Assembly (NCBI GenBank): GCA_964559915.1
Contig: CAZLJP010000005.1
Span: 1 to 45,000, forward strand
Length of the DNA: 45,000 bases
Source: an uncultured Candidatus Saccharibacteria bacterium
GTDB lineage: Bacteria > Patescibacteriota > Saccharimonadia > Saccharimonadales > JALRHH01
Reading direction: 5' to 3'
In this document: in pieces, positions 1 to 11,859 of the stretch
Numbering within the stretch: position 1 is the stretch's first letter
Layout: every line of letters starts with the position of its first letter
Program-made: the position numbers and the translations under genes
The notes under the pieces: model-generated
Databases searched by the model: none
Seen by the model: only the letters and a program-made list of their open reading frames with translations
Told to the model about the DNA's origin: nothing

Positions 1-46
<46 letters not shown>

Positions 47-270
47 AAAAAAGAATCTAATTCCAAACTTCAGTCAGAAACTGACTTACTGTTGAACCAT
101 TTAAGGTTCTGTGTTTAAAACATAGTTCCGCAATACTTACGTATTGCTATTGAACTGACGTTGAAACGATAATTACCGAAGTAATTATCTTTGCACTATA
201 CAAATTTTTAACGTTCGATTCCTTCGGGTTTAGAGACAATCTAATAGAGACCTCGCAAGAAACTCAAACC

Positions 271-299
271 ATCTTACCTGTTAAACAGATACGTGTCAA
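271..299 (-). promoter_or_regulatory. sigma70-type promoter of the rRNA operon
   Basis: Minus strand TTGACA (299-294), 17-nt spacer, TAAGAT (276-271), about 225 nt upstream of the 16S 5' end. The leader contains hairpins, e.g. AGTCAG-AAA-CTGACT at 72-86. Confidence 0.6.
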
Positions 300-339
300 G
301 CGACTAGTTGGCAGACTATGATGTAATTTTGATTACAGT

Positions 340-693
340 CTATTCAGTTTGCAAAGCACGTTCGGCAGACTCTACACCGTTACCATTACGAATAGCCACA
401 TCCATCAGTCTGCTTATATATGCCTCTTCCAAATCAATACCTATGACTTCTGCGTATTGCGCAGCAAAGATAACTAAGTCACCTATAACTTCGTTCTCAA
501 TAATATTGGTATCTAGCTCACCGTGTTCAGCACGCTCTTCGACAGTCATGACCTTACCAAGCAATTTCCCTAGATGGAGACTTGTATGATGGCGTTTTCC
601 TTCTGGCGTAATAGCCGTGGGATAATTGTCATTTTCAGCATCAAACGCTGCCTGGATTCGTTGCACCCGAGATAAATCTGGAATACTATTCAC
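340..693 (-). CDS. MazG-like all-alpha nucleotide pyrophosphohydrolase family protein (117 aa)
   Basis: EERAEHGE and [27 protein letters not shown] resemble the EExGE / gDvL..la..lgiDLeeA MazG helices. The start overlaps the gyrA stop by 8 nt. Confidence 0.6.
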   Translation of the reverse strand: MNSIPDLSRVQRIQAAFDAENDNYPTAITPEGKRHHTSLHLGKLLGKVMTVEERAEHGELDTNIIENEVIGDLVIFAAQYAEVIGIDLEEAYISRLMDVAIRNGNGVESAERALQTE

Positions 694-3307
694 TCTTCAC
701 TTCCTCTGGTTCGTCAGACTCGTCTTCTTCTATGTCTTCCGCTTTATCTACAAGGGCAAGTGAGGTCACCTGGTCACCGTCGTTGAGACGCATAATACGA
801 ACGCCTTGCGTGGCACGGCCCAACTCTGGGATGTCCTGCAAGCCAAGGCGAATTGTCTGACCGTTCCTAGAGATGATGATTACCTCTTGTGTGTCGTCGC
901 CATCAAGTGCCTTAACACCAATTAACGCGCCGGTCTTGGTGTTAACAACCGCTGAACGGATACCCACGCCACCACGAGCATGTGCCGTGAATTGTGAAAT
1001 CTTGGTGCGCTTACCATAACCCTGGTCACTAATCACGAAGATGCTGGTATTCTCTGCAACAATATCCATACCAATAACCTGGTCACCTGCACGCAGACGA
1101 ATGCCGCGGACACCACGGCTGACACGGCCCATCGGACGAGCGTCTTTTTCGTGGAAACGGATAGCCTGACCTTGAGAAGTACTGATAACTACTTCATTAT
1201 CGCCTGTTGTCATACGAATCCACTTCAGCTCATCACCTTCATCAAGGTTAATGGCAATCAGACCTGTCTGACGGACATTCTTGTACTGCTCAAATGGCGT
1301 TTTCTTAACTACACCACGGACTGTACACATTAACAGGTTGCCGTCGCTCTGTTTGCTCACATTTATTACGGAGCTCACTGTTTCCTCTGGCTGGAGCTGC
1401 AATAGGTTCACAAGTGCGATGCCCTTAGCACTGAGGCTAGCAGCTGGTACTTCATATGTCTTCAAACGGAAGACACGACCCTTGTTAGTGAAGAATAGGA
1501 GGAAGTCATGGGTGCTAGCGTTGACCACGTGCTCAATAACGTCTTCTTCACGGGTAGCCATGCCACGCTTGCCCTTACCACCGCGATTTTGCTTGCGGTA
1601 GTCGCTAATCTGGCTGCGCTTGATGTAGTTGTTCGCTGTCAGCGTTACTACTACTTGCTCATCAGGAATGAGGTCTTCATCACCCAGCTTACCGAGTTCT
1701 TGTGGGATTACTTTCGTGCGGCGTTCGTCGCCATACTGCTGTTTCAGCTCAAGCAGTTCATCACGAATAATCTTGAGGATTTTCTTCTCGTCAGCCAAGA
1801 TGCCTTCGAGCTTAGCAATCAGCTTGAGGAGCTCGTTTAGCTCATCCTCAATCTTTTGACGTTCCAAACCAGTCAGTGCACGAAGCTGCATAGCCAATAT
1901 AGCTTTGGCCTGAATCTCACTCAGTTTGAACTTGGTCATCAAGTTCTTCTGAGCTTCTTCGGTACTCTTGCTGGCTCGGATTACCTTAATAACTTCATCA
2001 ATATGATCAAGTGCGATCTTAAGACCTTCGAGGATATGTGCACGTTCGTTGGCTTTGCGTAGCTCGTACTCAGTACGGCGACGAACAACTACCTTACGGT
2101 GCTTGATGTGCTCACCTAGGATATCTTGCAGACCAAGTACACGAGGCTGAATACCATCTATAAGAGCCATCATATTGAAGTGGAAGCTCTGCTGTAACTG
2201 CGTTAGCTTGTATAACTGGTTGAGTACCTTCTTAGGATAGGCGTCTTTCTTGAGGTCAATGACGATACGTACTTCACCACGAGCTGTTTCATCACGCAGG
2301 TCGGAGATACCGGTCATCTTCTTGGTATTTACCAATTCAGCAATTTTCAGAACCAATGACTCTTTATTAAGTGCGTATGGAATTTCGGTAATAACAATCT
2401 GGGAGCGGCCCTTCTTGCCTTCGGTAATTTCGGCTACACCACGCGTAACTACGCCACCACGGCCGGTCGCATAGGCGGTACGGATAGACTCTTGGCCATA
2501 GATAACACCACCTGTTGGGAAGTCTGGACCCTTAACGTGAACTAATAAGTCATCCAGAGTTGCCTCAGGGTTATCAATCAAGGCTACTTCTGCATCAACC
2601 AGCTCACTAAGATTGTGCGGCGGAATGTTGGTCGCCATACCGACAGCGATACCTAGCTGGCCATTCAAGAGCAAGTTAGGTAGTTTAGCTGGCAGAACTG
2701 TTGGCTCTACCCTTGTATTGTCATAGTTTTCACGGAAATCGACGGTTTCTTTATCAATATCTGCTAGAGCTTCGTCTGCCAATTTGGCAAGCTTGGCCTC
2801 GGTGTAACGCATGGCAGCTGGTGGATCCCCATCCATACTACCGAAGTTACCCTGGCCGTTAATCAAGGTATAGCGCATAGCCCATGGCTGGGCCATACGA
2901 ACCATTGCGTCATAAATACTGGAATCACCATGCGGGTGGTAGCGACCCATAACGTCACCAACTGCAGTCGCTGATTTACGGTGACGAGAGGTGCTACGGA
3001 GGCCAGATTCATTCATGGTGTACAAAATACGGCGGTGAACCGGCTTCATACCGTCACGAACATCAGGCAAAGCACGATCAATAATCACACTCATGGAGTA
3101 GCGCAAATAGCTGTCTTCCATGACATTTTCAACGGTTCGACGCTCAACTATTCGAGAATGATGCGCATCAAGAATATCCTCGGCATGCTCTTGGCCGCGG
3201 CGGCGGTCTTCCATTGATTCTTCATAACGAACCGAGTTATCAGGTGCTTGCTGCTCTGGTTCTTGTGATTCTGTACTTTGGTCAATTGGTGGGTTTTGGT
3301 CATCCAT
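686..3307 (-). CDS. gyrA: DNA gyrase subunit A
   Basis: 873 aa. [24 protein letters not shown] (QRDR region), [10 protein letters not shown] active-site Tyr motif, C-terminal beta-pinwheel repeats and an acidic tail. Confidence 0.97.
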   Translation of the reverse strand: MDDQNPPIDQSTESQEPEQQAPDNSVRYEESMEDRRRGQEHAEDILDAHHSRIVERRTVENVMEDSYLRYSMSVIIDRALPDVRDGMKPVHRRILYTMNESGLRSTSRHRKSATAVGDVMGRYHPHGDSSIYDAMVRMAQPWAMRYTLINGQGNFGSMDGDPPAAMRYTEAKLAKLADEALADIDKETVDFRENYDNTRVEPTVLPAKLPNLLLNGQLGIAVGMATNIPPHNLSELVDAEVALIDNPEATLDDLLVHVKGPDFPTGGVIYGQESIRTAYATGRGGVVTRGVAEITEGKKGRSQIVITEIPYALNKESLVLKIAELVNTKKMTGISDLRDETARGEVRIVIDLKKDAYPKKVLNQLYKLTQLQQSFHFNMMALIDGIQPRVLGLQDILGEHIKHRKVVVRRRTEYELRKANERAHILEGLKIALDHIDEVIKVIRASKSTEEAQKNLMTKFKLSEIQAKAILAMQLRALTGLERQKIEDELNELLKLIAKLEGILADEKKILKIIRDELLELKQQYGDERRTKVIPQELGKLGDEDLIPDEQVVVTLTANNYIKRSQISDYRKQNRGGKGKRGMATREEDVIEHVVNASTHDFLLFFTNKGRVFRLKTYEVPAASLSAKGIALVNLLQLQPEETVSSVINVSKQSDGNLLMCTVRGVVKKTPFEQYKNVRQTGLIAINLDEGDELKWIRMTTGDNEVVISTSQGQAIRFHEKDARPMGRVSRGVRGIRLRAGDQVIGMDIVAENTSIFVISDQGYGKRTKISQFTAHARGGVGIRSAVVNTKTGALIGVKALDGDDTQEVIIISRNGQTIRLGLQDIPELGRATQGVRIMRLNDGDQVTSLALVDKAEDIEEDESDEPEEVKSE

Positions 3308-3310
3308 AGT

Positions 3311-5308
<1,998 letters not shown>

Positions 5309-5326
5309 CTAACTCTCTTGCTACCT

Positions 5327-5354
5327 ATTATAAACACTTTTTTAACTCTCGCAA
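5327..5354 (-). promoter_or_regulatory. candidate gyrBA promoter
   Basis: Minus strand TTGCGA (5354-5349), 16-nt spacer, TATAAT (5332-5327). Confidence 0.5.
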
Positions 5355-5467
5355 GCCTGTTACACCTGTAAATGGTGTATAACTTCCTACGTTTTAGTAT
5401 TGCGTGAACACATGATTTTATGATTCAATAAGCATAAGGTTCATACATATAATAAAGAAGAAAAAAT

Positions 5468-6898
5468 ATGTTCAAAAAACTACTTAGTAATCTGCCCTAC
5501 AACCCTAGTTTGATTGGGCACGTATCGTTCTATGCCAAACGGCTCCATAGTGAGGCTTCTATACGCCGCGCTGGTTTTGTAATGCTAAGTCTGGCTCTGT
5601 TGTTGCAAAGTTTTGCAGTGATTTCACCTCCAGAAGCTTCGCTGCAGGCTAGCCCTAACACCGACCTCATAAATGGTGGGTTCAGAGATAAGGACGAGGC
5701 GCTGAAGCACTGCAAGAAAAATACCCAGGACTTTAAAGACATCCTGGCCTACTTCGGTATCAGCTGTGACAATGTTTCAGATGCTAGTACTACAAGTATT
5801 GCGCCCCGAGACCATAGTGGTGATTTATACTCTATGGGCCGTCTATCTTTTGGTGTTGATGGGGAGAAGTCAGTGAAGATTCCTGATGTTGATAGGTTCT
5901 ACGTGCGCCACTTCTGGAGCCTGAATCATAAGTCATCATACAAAGCCCTGAAGGTACGAAATTCTGAAGGCAAAGTGTTTTATATCTTGTTTGACTGTGG
6001 CAACCTGGTATCTATTGATATACCGAAGCCGCCACCGCCAAAAGATGTCTGCCCTAATATTTCTGGGCGACAAACTGATTCTGAAGACTGTGACGTCTGT
6101 CCTGGCCTAAGTGGCACGCAGACAAGTAAGAGCCAGTGTGATGTGTGTCCTGATACGCCTGGTAAACAGACTAGCCGAACTAAGTGTGATGTCTGCCCCA
6201 ATACTCCAGGCACGCAGACAAGCAGTACTCAATGTGATGTGTGCCCCGAACTCCCTGGTACACAAACAAGCAAAAGCCAGTGTAAGTCATGCCAAGAATC
6301 TGAGACAAGTAGCGATCTTGTCGCATGTTTGGACTACCGTAAAGCTGCTCGTAACATTACCCAGGGTATTGCAAATGCCAACGACACAACCGCCAAGCCT
6401 AGTGATATAATCGAGTACAAATTAACTACTAAGAATAGTGGCAAAATTGCTATTAAGGGTTATCAGGTGACCGAGGCGCTCGGTGACGTACTGGATTATG
6501 CTGATGTTGTAGACCTCCACGGAGGCACTATGGGAGCGTATCAAACAGCAACCTGGCCCAAGACGGATATCAAGGCAGGACAAACCATAACAACCCTGAT
6601 TACTGTCAAAGTAAAAGCTACACTACCAAGTACACCCGCCTCATCAAGTGACCCTAATCACTTTGATATGATTATGACCAACGTCTATGGTAACGCCATA
6701 AATATAAAGCTACCGCCAAGCGTAACAAAGCGTATTGAAATTGCTACTACCACACTGCCAAACACAGGGCCTGGCACATCACTGATGATTGGCTTTAGCC
6801 TAGCAGCAGTGGTGGGTTACTTCTTCGCACGCAGTCGCCTACTCGCTAAAGAGCTAGATGTGGTACGAACCGAATTTGGAAATGCAGGAGGCTACTAA
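5468..6898 (+). CDS. Sortase-anchored (LPNTG) surface protein with Cys-rich tandem repeats and a DUF11-like beta domain
   Basis: 476 aa. N-terminal hydrophobic segment, five CDVCP repeats, and a C-terminal LPNTGPG followed by a hydrophobic helix and RSR tail (classical sorting signal). Confidence 0.8.
   Translation: MFKKLLSNLPYNPSLIGHVSFYAKRLHSEASIRRAGFVMLSLALLLQSFAVISPPEASLQASPNTDLINGGFRDKDEALKHCKKNTQDFKDILAYFGISCDNVSDASTTSIAPRDHSGDLYSMGRLSFGVDGEKSVKIPDVDRFYVRHFWSLNHKSSYKALKVRNSEGKVFYILFDCGNLVSIDIPKPPPPKDVCPNISGRQTDSEDCDVCPGLSGTQTSKSQCDVCPDTPGKQTSRTKCDVCPNTPGTQTSSTQCDVCPELPGTQTSKSQCKSCQESETSSDLVACLDYRKAARNITQGIANANDTTAKPSDIIEYKLTTKNSGKIAIKGYQVTEALGDVLDYADVVDLHGGTMGAYQTATWPKTDIKAGQTITTLITVKVKATLPSTPASSSDPNHFDMIMTNVYGNAINIKLPPSVTKRIEIATTTLPNTGPGTSLMIGFSLAAVVGYFFARSRLLAKELDVVRTEFGNAGGY
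6044..6295 (+). repeat. About 5.3 head-to-tail copies of a 48-nt coding repeat (16 aa, CDVCPxxPGxQTSxxx)
   Basis: Unit starts at 6089, 6137, 6185, 6233 and 6281, each beginning TGTGA(C/T)GT(C/G)TG(T/C)CC. One degenerate leading unit starts at 6044. Confidence 0.9.
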
Positions 6899-6900
6899 TT

Positions 6901-7467
6901 ATGAGCGAGAAGCTACAACATAGCGGTGAACACAGCAGAGAAACAATTGATGCCAGCGCCGAAGCACGCAAGAACTTAGAACGACTCCAGGAAAAGGCCG
7001 AACAGGCCGAACAAGACCCTCTACAGAAACATGTAGAGTCACTCCGTGAAACTATTGAATCCCAGGCCATTAGTGGCAAAGAGGTGTCTGCGGGAGACCA
7101 TAACACCGAACAAAGTGCCCAACAATTTGGTATCAGCAAAGAGCTAAAGACAGACACCTATAAAAAGACTCTCAAACAAGTACGCAAACATCTATCGGCG
7201 CCAGATCGGGTGCTGAGCCGCTTCGTGCACACACCTGCCGTAGAAGTTACTTCCCAAGCCCTGGGTAAGACCGTTGCACGACCCTCGTCATTCTTTGGCG
7301 GTAGCCTTGGCGCACTGCTTGGCAGTGTCGTGCTCGTAGTGCTAGCACGCCGTAACGGCTTTGAATATAACTATGCTGCTTTCTTCTTTTTGTTCATTGG
7401 TGGATTTATAGTCGGTAGCATTATCGAGCTGTTGTTCCGTCTACTATTTCGACGTAAATCTATCTAA
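6901..7467 (+). CDS. Hypothetical membrane protein (charged coiled N-half, two C-terminal TM helices)
   Basis: 188 aa. GGAGG Shine-Dalgarno 8 nt upstream, start 3 nt after the preceding stop; hydrophobic segments GSLGALLGSVVLVVLA and AAFFFLFIGGFIVGSIIELLF. Confidence 0.6.
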   Translation: MSEKLQHSGEHSRETIDASAEARKNLERLQEKAEQAEQDPLQKHVESLRETIESQAISGKEVSAGDHNTEQSAQQFGISKELKTDTYKKTLKQVRKHLSAPDRVLSRFVHTPAVEVTSQALGKTVARPSSFFGGSLGALLGSVVLVVLARRNGFEYNYAAFFFLFIGGFIVGSIIELLFRLLFRRKSI

Positions 7468-10288
7468 GCCGTAGTGTACCGTCCGAATCAATACTGATTG
7501 TGTCGTCGGCATCTTCGGTGGCTTTTGGAACTGGTAGCGGTGCTGCTGGCTTTGGTTCTGACTGAACAGGCGTTGCTTGAGGCACAGGAGCCTTGGGAAC
7601 GATAGGCGCTGGTGGTTGCATTGGTTGGGGAGCGGCGGCTGGTTCTGGCTGCGGCGCGGAAACCGGTGCTGGAGCTGCTTGTGCGGGCGTCGTGGCGGCT
7701 GTCTTGCGCTTGGCGAGCCAGTCGTCCAAGAACGATGAGCCACCGGCTGGAGCTGCTGGTCGTGGCGAAGCTCCTGGTGTTCTCTGAGCCGGGACACTAC
7801 CAGCGCCAGCTGCAGGCCCGAATGCTGGCTTAGGGTCTTCATTCGTGGCCAAACGACCGAATATCTCAGCCTCAACCTTGGCCTTAGGACGGCCAAATTT
7901 GGCTGCAGACAGCTGCTTCAATGCCTTGGCCAGCTCTTCGTTAGGATTACCCAGCGGTGGCAGTGTCATCATGCTAAATGGCTGCGTAGGGATACCGCCA
8001 ATAAGTATCTGCGAGACTGTATTGAAATTTGGTATACGCAGAATATCGTCTCTATCAAACACGGGTGCGAACTTCTTGCTTAGTGAGTCGGCATCAGCGT
8101 CAGAGCCCACGCGGAATGACACAATTGAGCCCACATTGCCAAACACCGCATCACGAATTTCATCGGTTAGCTGCGTAGTAAACTGGTTGGCTACAATCAG
8201 ATTTAAACGATACTTACGAGCCTCAGACAAAATAGTCGCAAACGAATCCGTTGAGAAGTTCTGAAACTCATCAACATACAAACAAAAGTCCTGGCGCTGG
8301 TCCTCTGGAATGTTAGCTCGAGCCATAGCTGCAGCCTGGAATTTCATCACAAAAATCATACCCAGCAACTTAGAATTCAGTTCACCGGTGCGACCCTTAC
8401 TAAGGTTCACGAGCAGAATCTTCTTATTGTCCATGATTTCACGCAAATTGAATGAACTCTTGCTCTGCCCGATGATATTACGCATCATGTCGTTGGCCAT
8501 GAAGGCACCGAATTTGCTCACAAACCAACCAAGTACCTCAGATTTGTGATAATCACTCGTCTGAGCCATTTCCTTATTCCAAAAGTCCAGCACTACCTGG
8601 TCATCAAGATGAGATAGCAGGTCTTTGGCATACTTGCTGTCTGTAAACACTTTTGGAATATCAATGAACGTGCCGCCTTCTGGGTTGGCCATTACCGTCT
8701 TAGCAGCCATACGGAACCAATGCTCATAACGCGGACCGATAATACCCTGTCTTTGTGGGTCATATAGCTTATACAGCATATTAATAGCTTCCTGGATTAA
8801 GAAGTCCTGTTGTGTCTTGTCTTCGAACTCAAACAGATTGAGACCCATTGGATATTCCATATCTGCTGGGCTGAAGTAAATGACATCCTCGGTGCGCTCA
8901 CGCGGCACCATAGCAAGCAACTTCTCTGCCGTATCGCCATGGGGGTCAACAAAGGCAAAGCCACGACCGGCAATCATATCCTGAAGAGCCAGGTTTTCGA
9001 GGTACACAGATTTACCCACACCAGTCTGTCCCACAACATACATGTGACGACGCCTGTCTTCCAGACTCAAACGAATTGGCTTCTTAACAGCACGGAAGAC
9101 GTTGTAGCCCATTAGCAAGCCATCATCTGACATATTGCGTGGACCATCCACCTGCTTGCTGCCTTGTCGTTCTAGCTGAGAGGTTGGAATGCTGCGCTGA
9201 TCTGGGAAGTGGAATATTGTCGAAAGCTCACTGGCATTGAGGATATTCTTGTTATTCTCTTGCGGGAAGAACCGCATAATATATGCCGTTACGAAGCGTT
9301 CGATGTCCTTTGCGGGTGTGAACTTAAAGCCATTTTTACCAGGTGCATCAAACAGCGAGAACGACGCAACCACATTACGCAGGATGGCATCAGCTCGCTG
9401 AGATATATTTGATGAGGCCACCACACGAATCAGCACCTCATAGGCAGGCTGGCGTGTCTTATCATCTATAGCATCAAGCGTTGCTTGTTCAAGGCTCGAG
9501 AGCTGTGGCGCATCAGCTCCGCCAGCTGGCTTTGCCTCTGGTGGTTTGACAGCAGCCGTGGCCAAATCTTTCATAAGTGACCCAGCGAGTGCCGCGCCCT
9601 TCTTGCTATCTTTATCGCCTTTGCGCTTACGACTAGCTAGAGCACTTGCCTCTTTGCGCCAGCCCTCGTATGCCGGACGCATCAGTATCTGAATGCCTAC
9701 TCCATCTTCTTTATCAAGTGTAGCTAGTGAGTTAAGTAATGAGGCCATGGCGTCACGTTTTAGCTCTTGATATGTAGCGATGGGATAGGCAAAGTTCTCT
9801 TTCAACGTCAATTCACCCCCCATGGTGCCACTAATTTTGCCTACCGGGCTAAAGATATTGTGCTCTGCCACTTCTTCGAGGCGAGCTGCTGGATAGGCGC
9901 TCACAACCGCTTGCTTTACTACCTCAACCATAGAAATCGGCACAGCGGCATAATAATATACAAATCCCTTGGTGCTGATAATCTCAAAGGCAAAATGACG
10001 CTGGCCATAGAATCGGCTCTTGAAACCTTTTACCATTGTGCTCTGAATGATGCTGTACATTATCTGGGCTTTGGATATGTTCTCTTCCGTTACGTCACGG
10101 ACATCACGCCCACCTAAATCAGTGTCCTCGCTCAGCGGTGGCAGATGGATATAGAGGGGCACCATCTTGAGGCCGCGCTCAAAATTCTTCTGTTCACGGA
10201 ATACTTTCTGGACCTGCAGATAAATTATTGGCGCAGTGACCAATAGCAAGACAAGCAAGATTGCTAACACCGTTATAAATGCCACCAT
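7460..10288 (-). CDS. T4SS-type (VirD4/TraD or VirB4 class, FtsK/HerA superfamily) membrane ATPase with a Pro/Ala-rich C-terminal tail
   Basis: 942 aa. N-terminal TM helix, Walker A VVGQTGVGKS, FAFVDPHGD, Walker B LYVDEFQNF and ARKYRLNLIVANQ, then a ~130-aa low-complexity P/A/Q tail encoded by a GC-rich tract. Confidence 0.8.
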   Translation of the reverse strand: MVAFITVLAILLVLLLVTAPIIYLQVQKVFREQKNFERGLKMVPLYIHLPPLSEDTDLGGRDVRDVTEENISKAQIMYSIIQSTMVKGFKSRFYGQRHFAFEIISTKGFVYYYAAVPISMVEVVKQAVVSAYPAARLEEVAEHNIFSPVGKISGTMGGELTLKENFAYPIATYQELKRDAMASLLNSLATLDKEDGVGIQILMRPAYEGWRKEASALASRKRKGDKDSKKGAALAGSLMKDLATAAVKPPEAKPAGGADAPQLSSLEQATLDAIDDKTRQPAYEVLIRVVASSNISQRADAILRNVVASFSLFDAPGKNGFKFTPAKDIERFVTAYIMRFFPQENNKNILNASELSTIFHFPDQRSIPTSQLERQGSKQVDGPRNMSDDGLLMGYNVFRAVKKPIRLSLEDRRRHMYVVGQTGVGKSVYLENLALQDMIAGRGFAFVDPHGDTAEKLLAMVPRERTEDVIYFSPADMEYPMGLNLFEFEDKTQQDFLIQEAINMLYKLYDPQRQGIIGPRYEHWFRMAAKTVMANPEGGTFIDIPKVFTDSKYAKDLLSHLDDQVVLDFWNKEMAQTSDYHKSEVLGWFVSKFGAFMANDMMRNIIGQSKSSFNLREIMDNKKILLVNLSKGRTGELNSKLLGMIFVMKFQAAAMARANIPEDQRQDFCLYVDEFQNFSTDSFATILSEARKYRLNLIVANQFTTQLTDEIRDAVFGNVGSIVSFRVGSDADADSLSKKFAPVFDRDDILRIPNFNTVSQILIGGIPTQPFSMMTLPPLGNPNEELAKALKQLSAAKFGRPKAKVEAEIFGRLATNEDPKPAFGPAAGAGSVPAQRTPGASPRPAAPAGGSSFLDDWLAKRKTAATTPAQAAPAPVSAPQPEPAAAPQPMQPPAPIVPKAPVPQATPVQSEPKPAAPLPVPKATEDADDTISIDSDGTLRLR

Positions 10289-10291
10289 GGA

Positions 10292-10711
10292 CTAGTCTTC
10301 CGTCAGTTTAATATCTTTGTTGTAGCGCTTCTTCATGTAGTCAGCCTTGAAACTTTCTACTTGTTTATTCTGTTGATAGGGATCGTGCCGTGTCCGGGCT
10401 ACGATTTCCTTGGCTTTAAGCACCCATTCTTTTTCAATCAGGTCAGTGTCATCGGCAATTGTTGGCATACCGGGGAAACTCGGCTGAGCCTGCTGTGGGA
10501 GAGCCGTTGCTTGCTGAGAAACAGCCGGAGGCGCAAGTGGGCTAGTGGCCGGCGCCTGACCAGGGTTTGATTGTGCTGCTTCAATCGCCTGCGAAGCAAG
10601 CCGTTCATTGCCAACGTCAATAGATGGCGCCTCAAAAGATTGCGCTACTGTGGGCTGTAATGCCTCTGTGGCTTGAACTGGTGGTAATTCACTCCCTGAA
10701 TGCTGGTCCAT
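10292..10711 (-). CDS. Hypothetical protein (Pro/Gln-rich N-half, conserved-looking basic C-half)
   Basis: 139 aa. Stop is 3 nt before the ATPase start. TGGTATAAT extended -10 about 10 nt upstream of the ATG. Confidence 0.55.
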   Translation of the reverse strand: MDQHSGSELPPVQATEALQPTVAQSFEAPSIDVGNERLASQAIEAAQSNPGQAPATSPLAPPAVSQQATALPQQAQPSFPGMPTIADDTDLIEKEWVLKAKEIVARTRHDPYQQNKQVESFKADYMKKRYNKDIKLTED

Positions 10712-10755
10712 ACTTCTTTGAATTATACCAGGCTTGCCTTGGTATATATAAGCAT

Positions 10756-11112
10756 TTACTTAATAAAGTCAGCCCTGAGCATGTACAAGGCCGCCACACC
10801 TACTAAACCAATCGATAAAAGTATGTCTCGGATAGAAAGTTGATGTATTGATTGGAAAATAATCAGCAGCACCGGTAACGTCGCACCAAAACCAGCAACC
10901 AATGTTGCCTGGCGGGTTCGAATATCCTTAAAACGACCCAGGACTTGCCTGATGGCCACAAACAGAGCCACGAACAGCCACAAAAACGGTAATACCAGTA
11001 GCGGTAACGGCAAATTGTCTGGATTTGTCAGCGCTATAAAAAGAGGCCCCGATAGATAAAGCGCACTATAGCCTAGAAATTGTTTTAGTTTTTTGTACTT
11101 TGGAAAATTCAT
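10756..11112 (-). CDS. Small polytopic membrane protein (118 aa, about 4 TM)
   Basis: Four hydrophobic segments; no recognisable family motif (not CrcB- or SMR-like by eye). Confidence 0.55.
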   Translation of the reverse strand: MNFPKYKKLKQFLGYSALYLSGPLFIALTNPDNLPLPLLVLPFLWLFVALFVAIRQVLGRFKDIRTRQATLVAGFGATLPVLLIIFQSIHQLSIRDILLSIGLVGVAALYMLRADFIK

Positions 11113-11171
11113 AACTTTCTAAGTATACAAGAGTATTCATCGTAGCGGGTAGTATCCGAACTCTTTTGTTC

Positions 11172-11392
11172 ATATAAAAAGCACCGCTTTGGACACGGTG
11201 CTTCGGTTAGGTAATAAACTAGGTGCAAGGACGACAAATCCGCTACTAAAGTAGACTATTGAGCGCTTGTCGTCACTTGCGGTGACTGACCGCTCTCTAA
11301 TGAGAGCGTTATCGGCTACCCGGGCCGTAGAATGTAAGTTTTTGTTTTTGTGCTTACTCCACCAGACTACTCTATTTGGGCTATTATGTCAA
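11172..11392 (-). ncRNA. Candidate structured leader or sRNA (about 185 nt) with its own promoter and intrinsic terminator
   Basis: Minus strand TTGACA (11392-11387), 17-nt spacer, TAGTCT (11369-11364). Hairpins: CGCTCTC/AGAGCG, GTCAC/GTGAC, and GACGACAA/TTGTCGTC (8 bp). Terminator AGCACCG-N9-CGGTGCT plus T5 at 11202-11172. Confidence 0.4.
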
Positions 11393-11859
11393 GAGTATAC
11401 TGTAGTTATAATTACAACGTATATCTGTTAGCTACTTAAGATTATTGAATTTTTGGTTGAAAATTATGTTGTTATTACAACAACTATATTTCTTATTATA
11501 TTACTTTATAATATTAACATTATTGTCTATGCGCGCTTGTTCTGTTCGTTCAAATGTAAGCCCCTACCTCCTCAAGTATTGCCAAGTAAAATATAAATTG
11601 GCACGGAGCCCATGGATACATTTCTAGCACCAGGAGGTGTACAGTGCTAATCGATATATTTGTAGGCACTTGGAGCAAATAATGGATAACTTAGTGGTGA
11701 GACACCTGCCCAAGTGAACACACATCCCGGCAGATTACTCTGTGTGGTCTTATCCTGAACTGTGGGATATCCCTCCGAGGTACCGCATAAGTCCAAAATT
11801 AGTCTACGCCCTGCCCATAATAGGCTCAATTTAAGGCTCATTATTTAGCATAATCATTA

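Noticed and set aside
7444-7896. Three overlapping ORFs (7444-7896 minus; 7593-7787 and 7612-7833 plus) in a GC-rich tract
   Set aside because: They are alternative frames of the Pro/Ala-rich tail of the 942-aa ATPase. GC-rich low-complexity DNA is simply stop-codon poor in all frames.
11345-11361. CTTACTCCACCA, resembling a tmRNA/tRNA 3' end
   Set aside because: There is no T-arm (GGTTCGAnTCC) upstream and no matching 5' acceptor strand. The sequence instead falls at the predicted 5' end of a minus-strand transcript.
11440-11830. Possible replication origin (AT-rich tract plus DnaA-box-like 9-mers AATGGATAA at 11680 and TTATCCTGA at 11749)
   Set aside because: Only 7-of-9 matches to TTATCCACA are present, with no perfect box, no dnaA/dnaN adjacency, and gene orientation that does not switch consistently around it. 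It cannot be supported without genome-wide GC skew.
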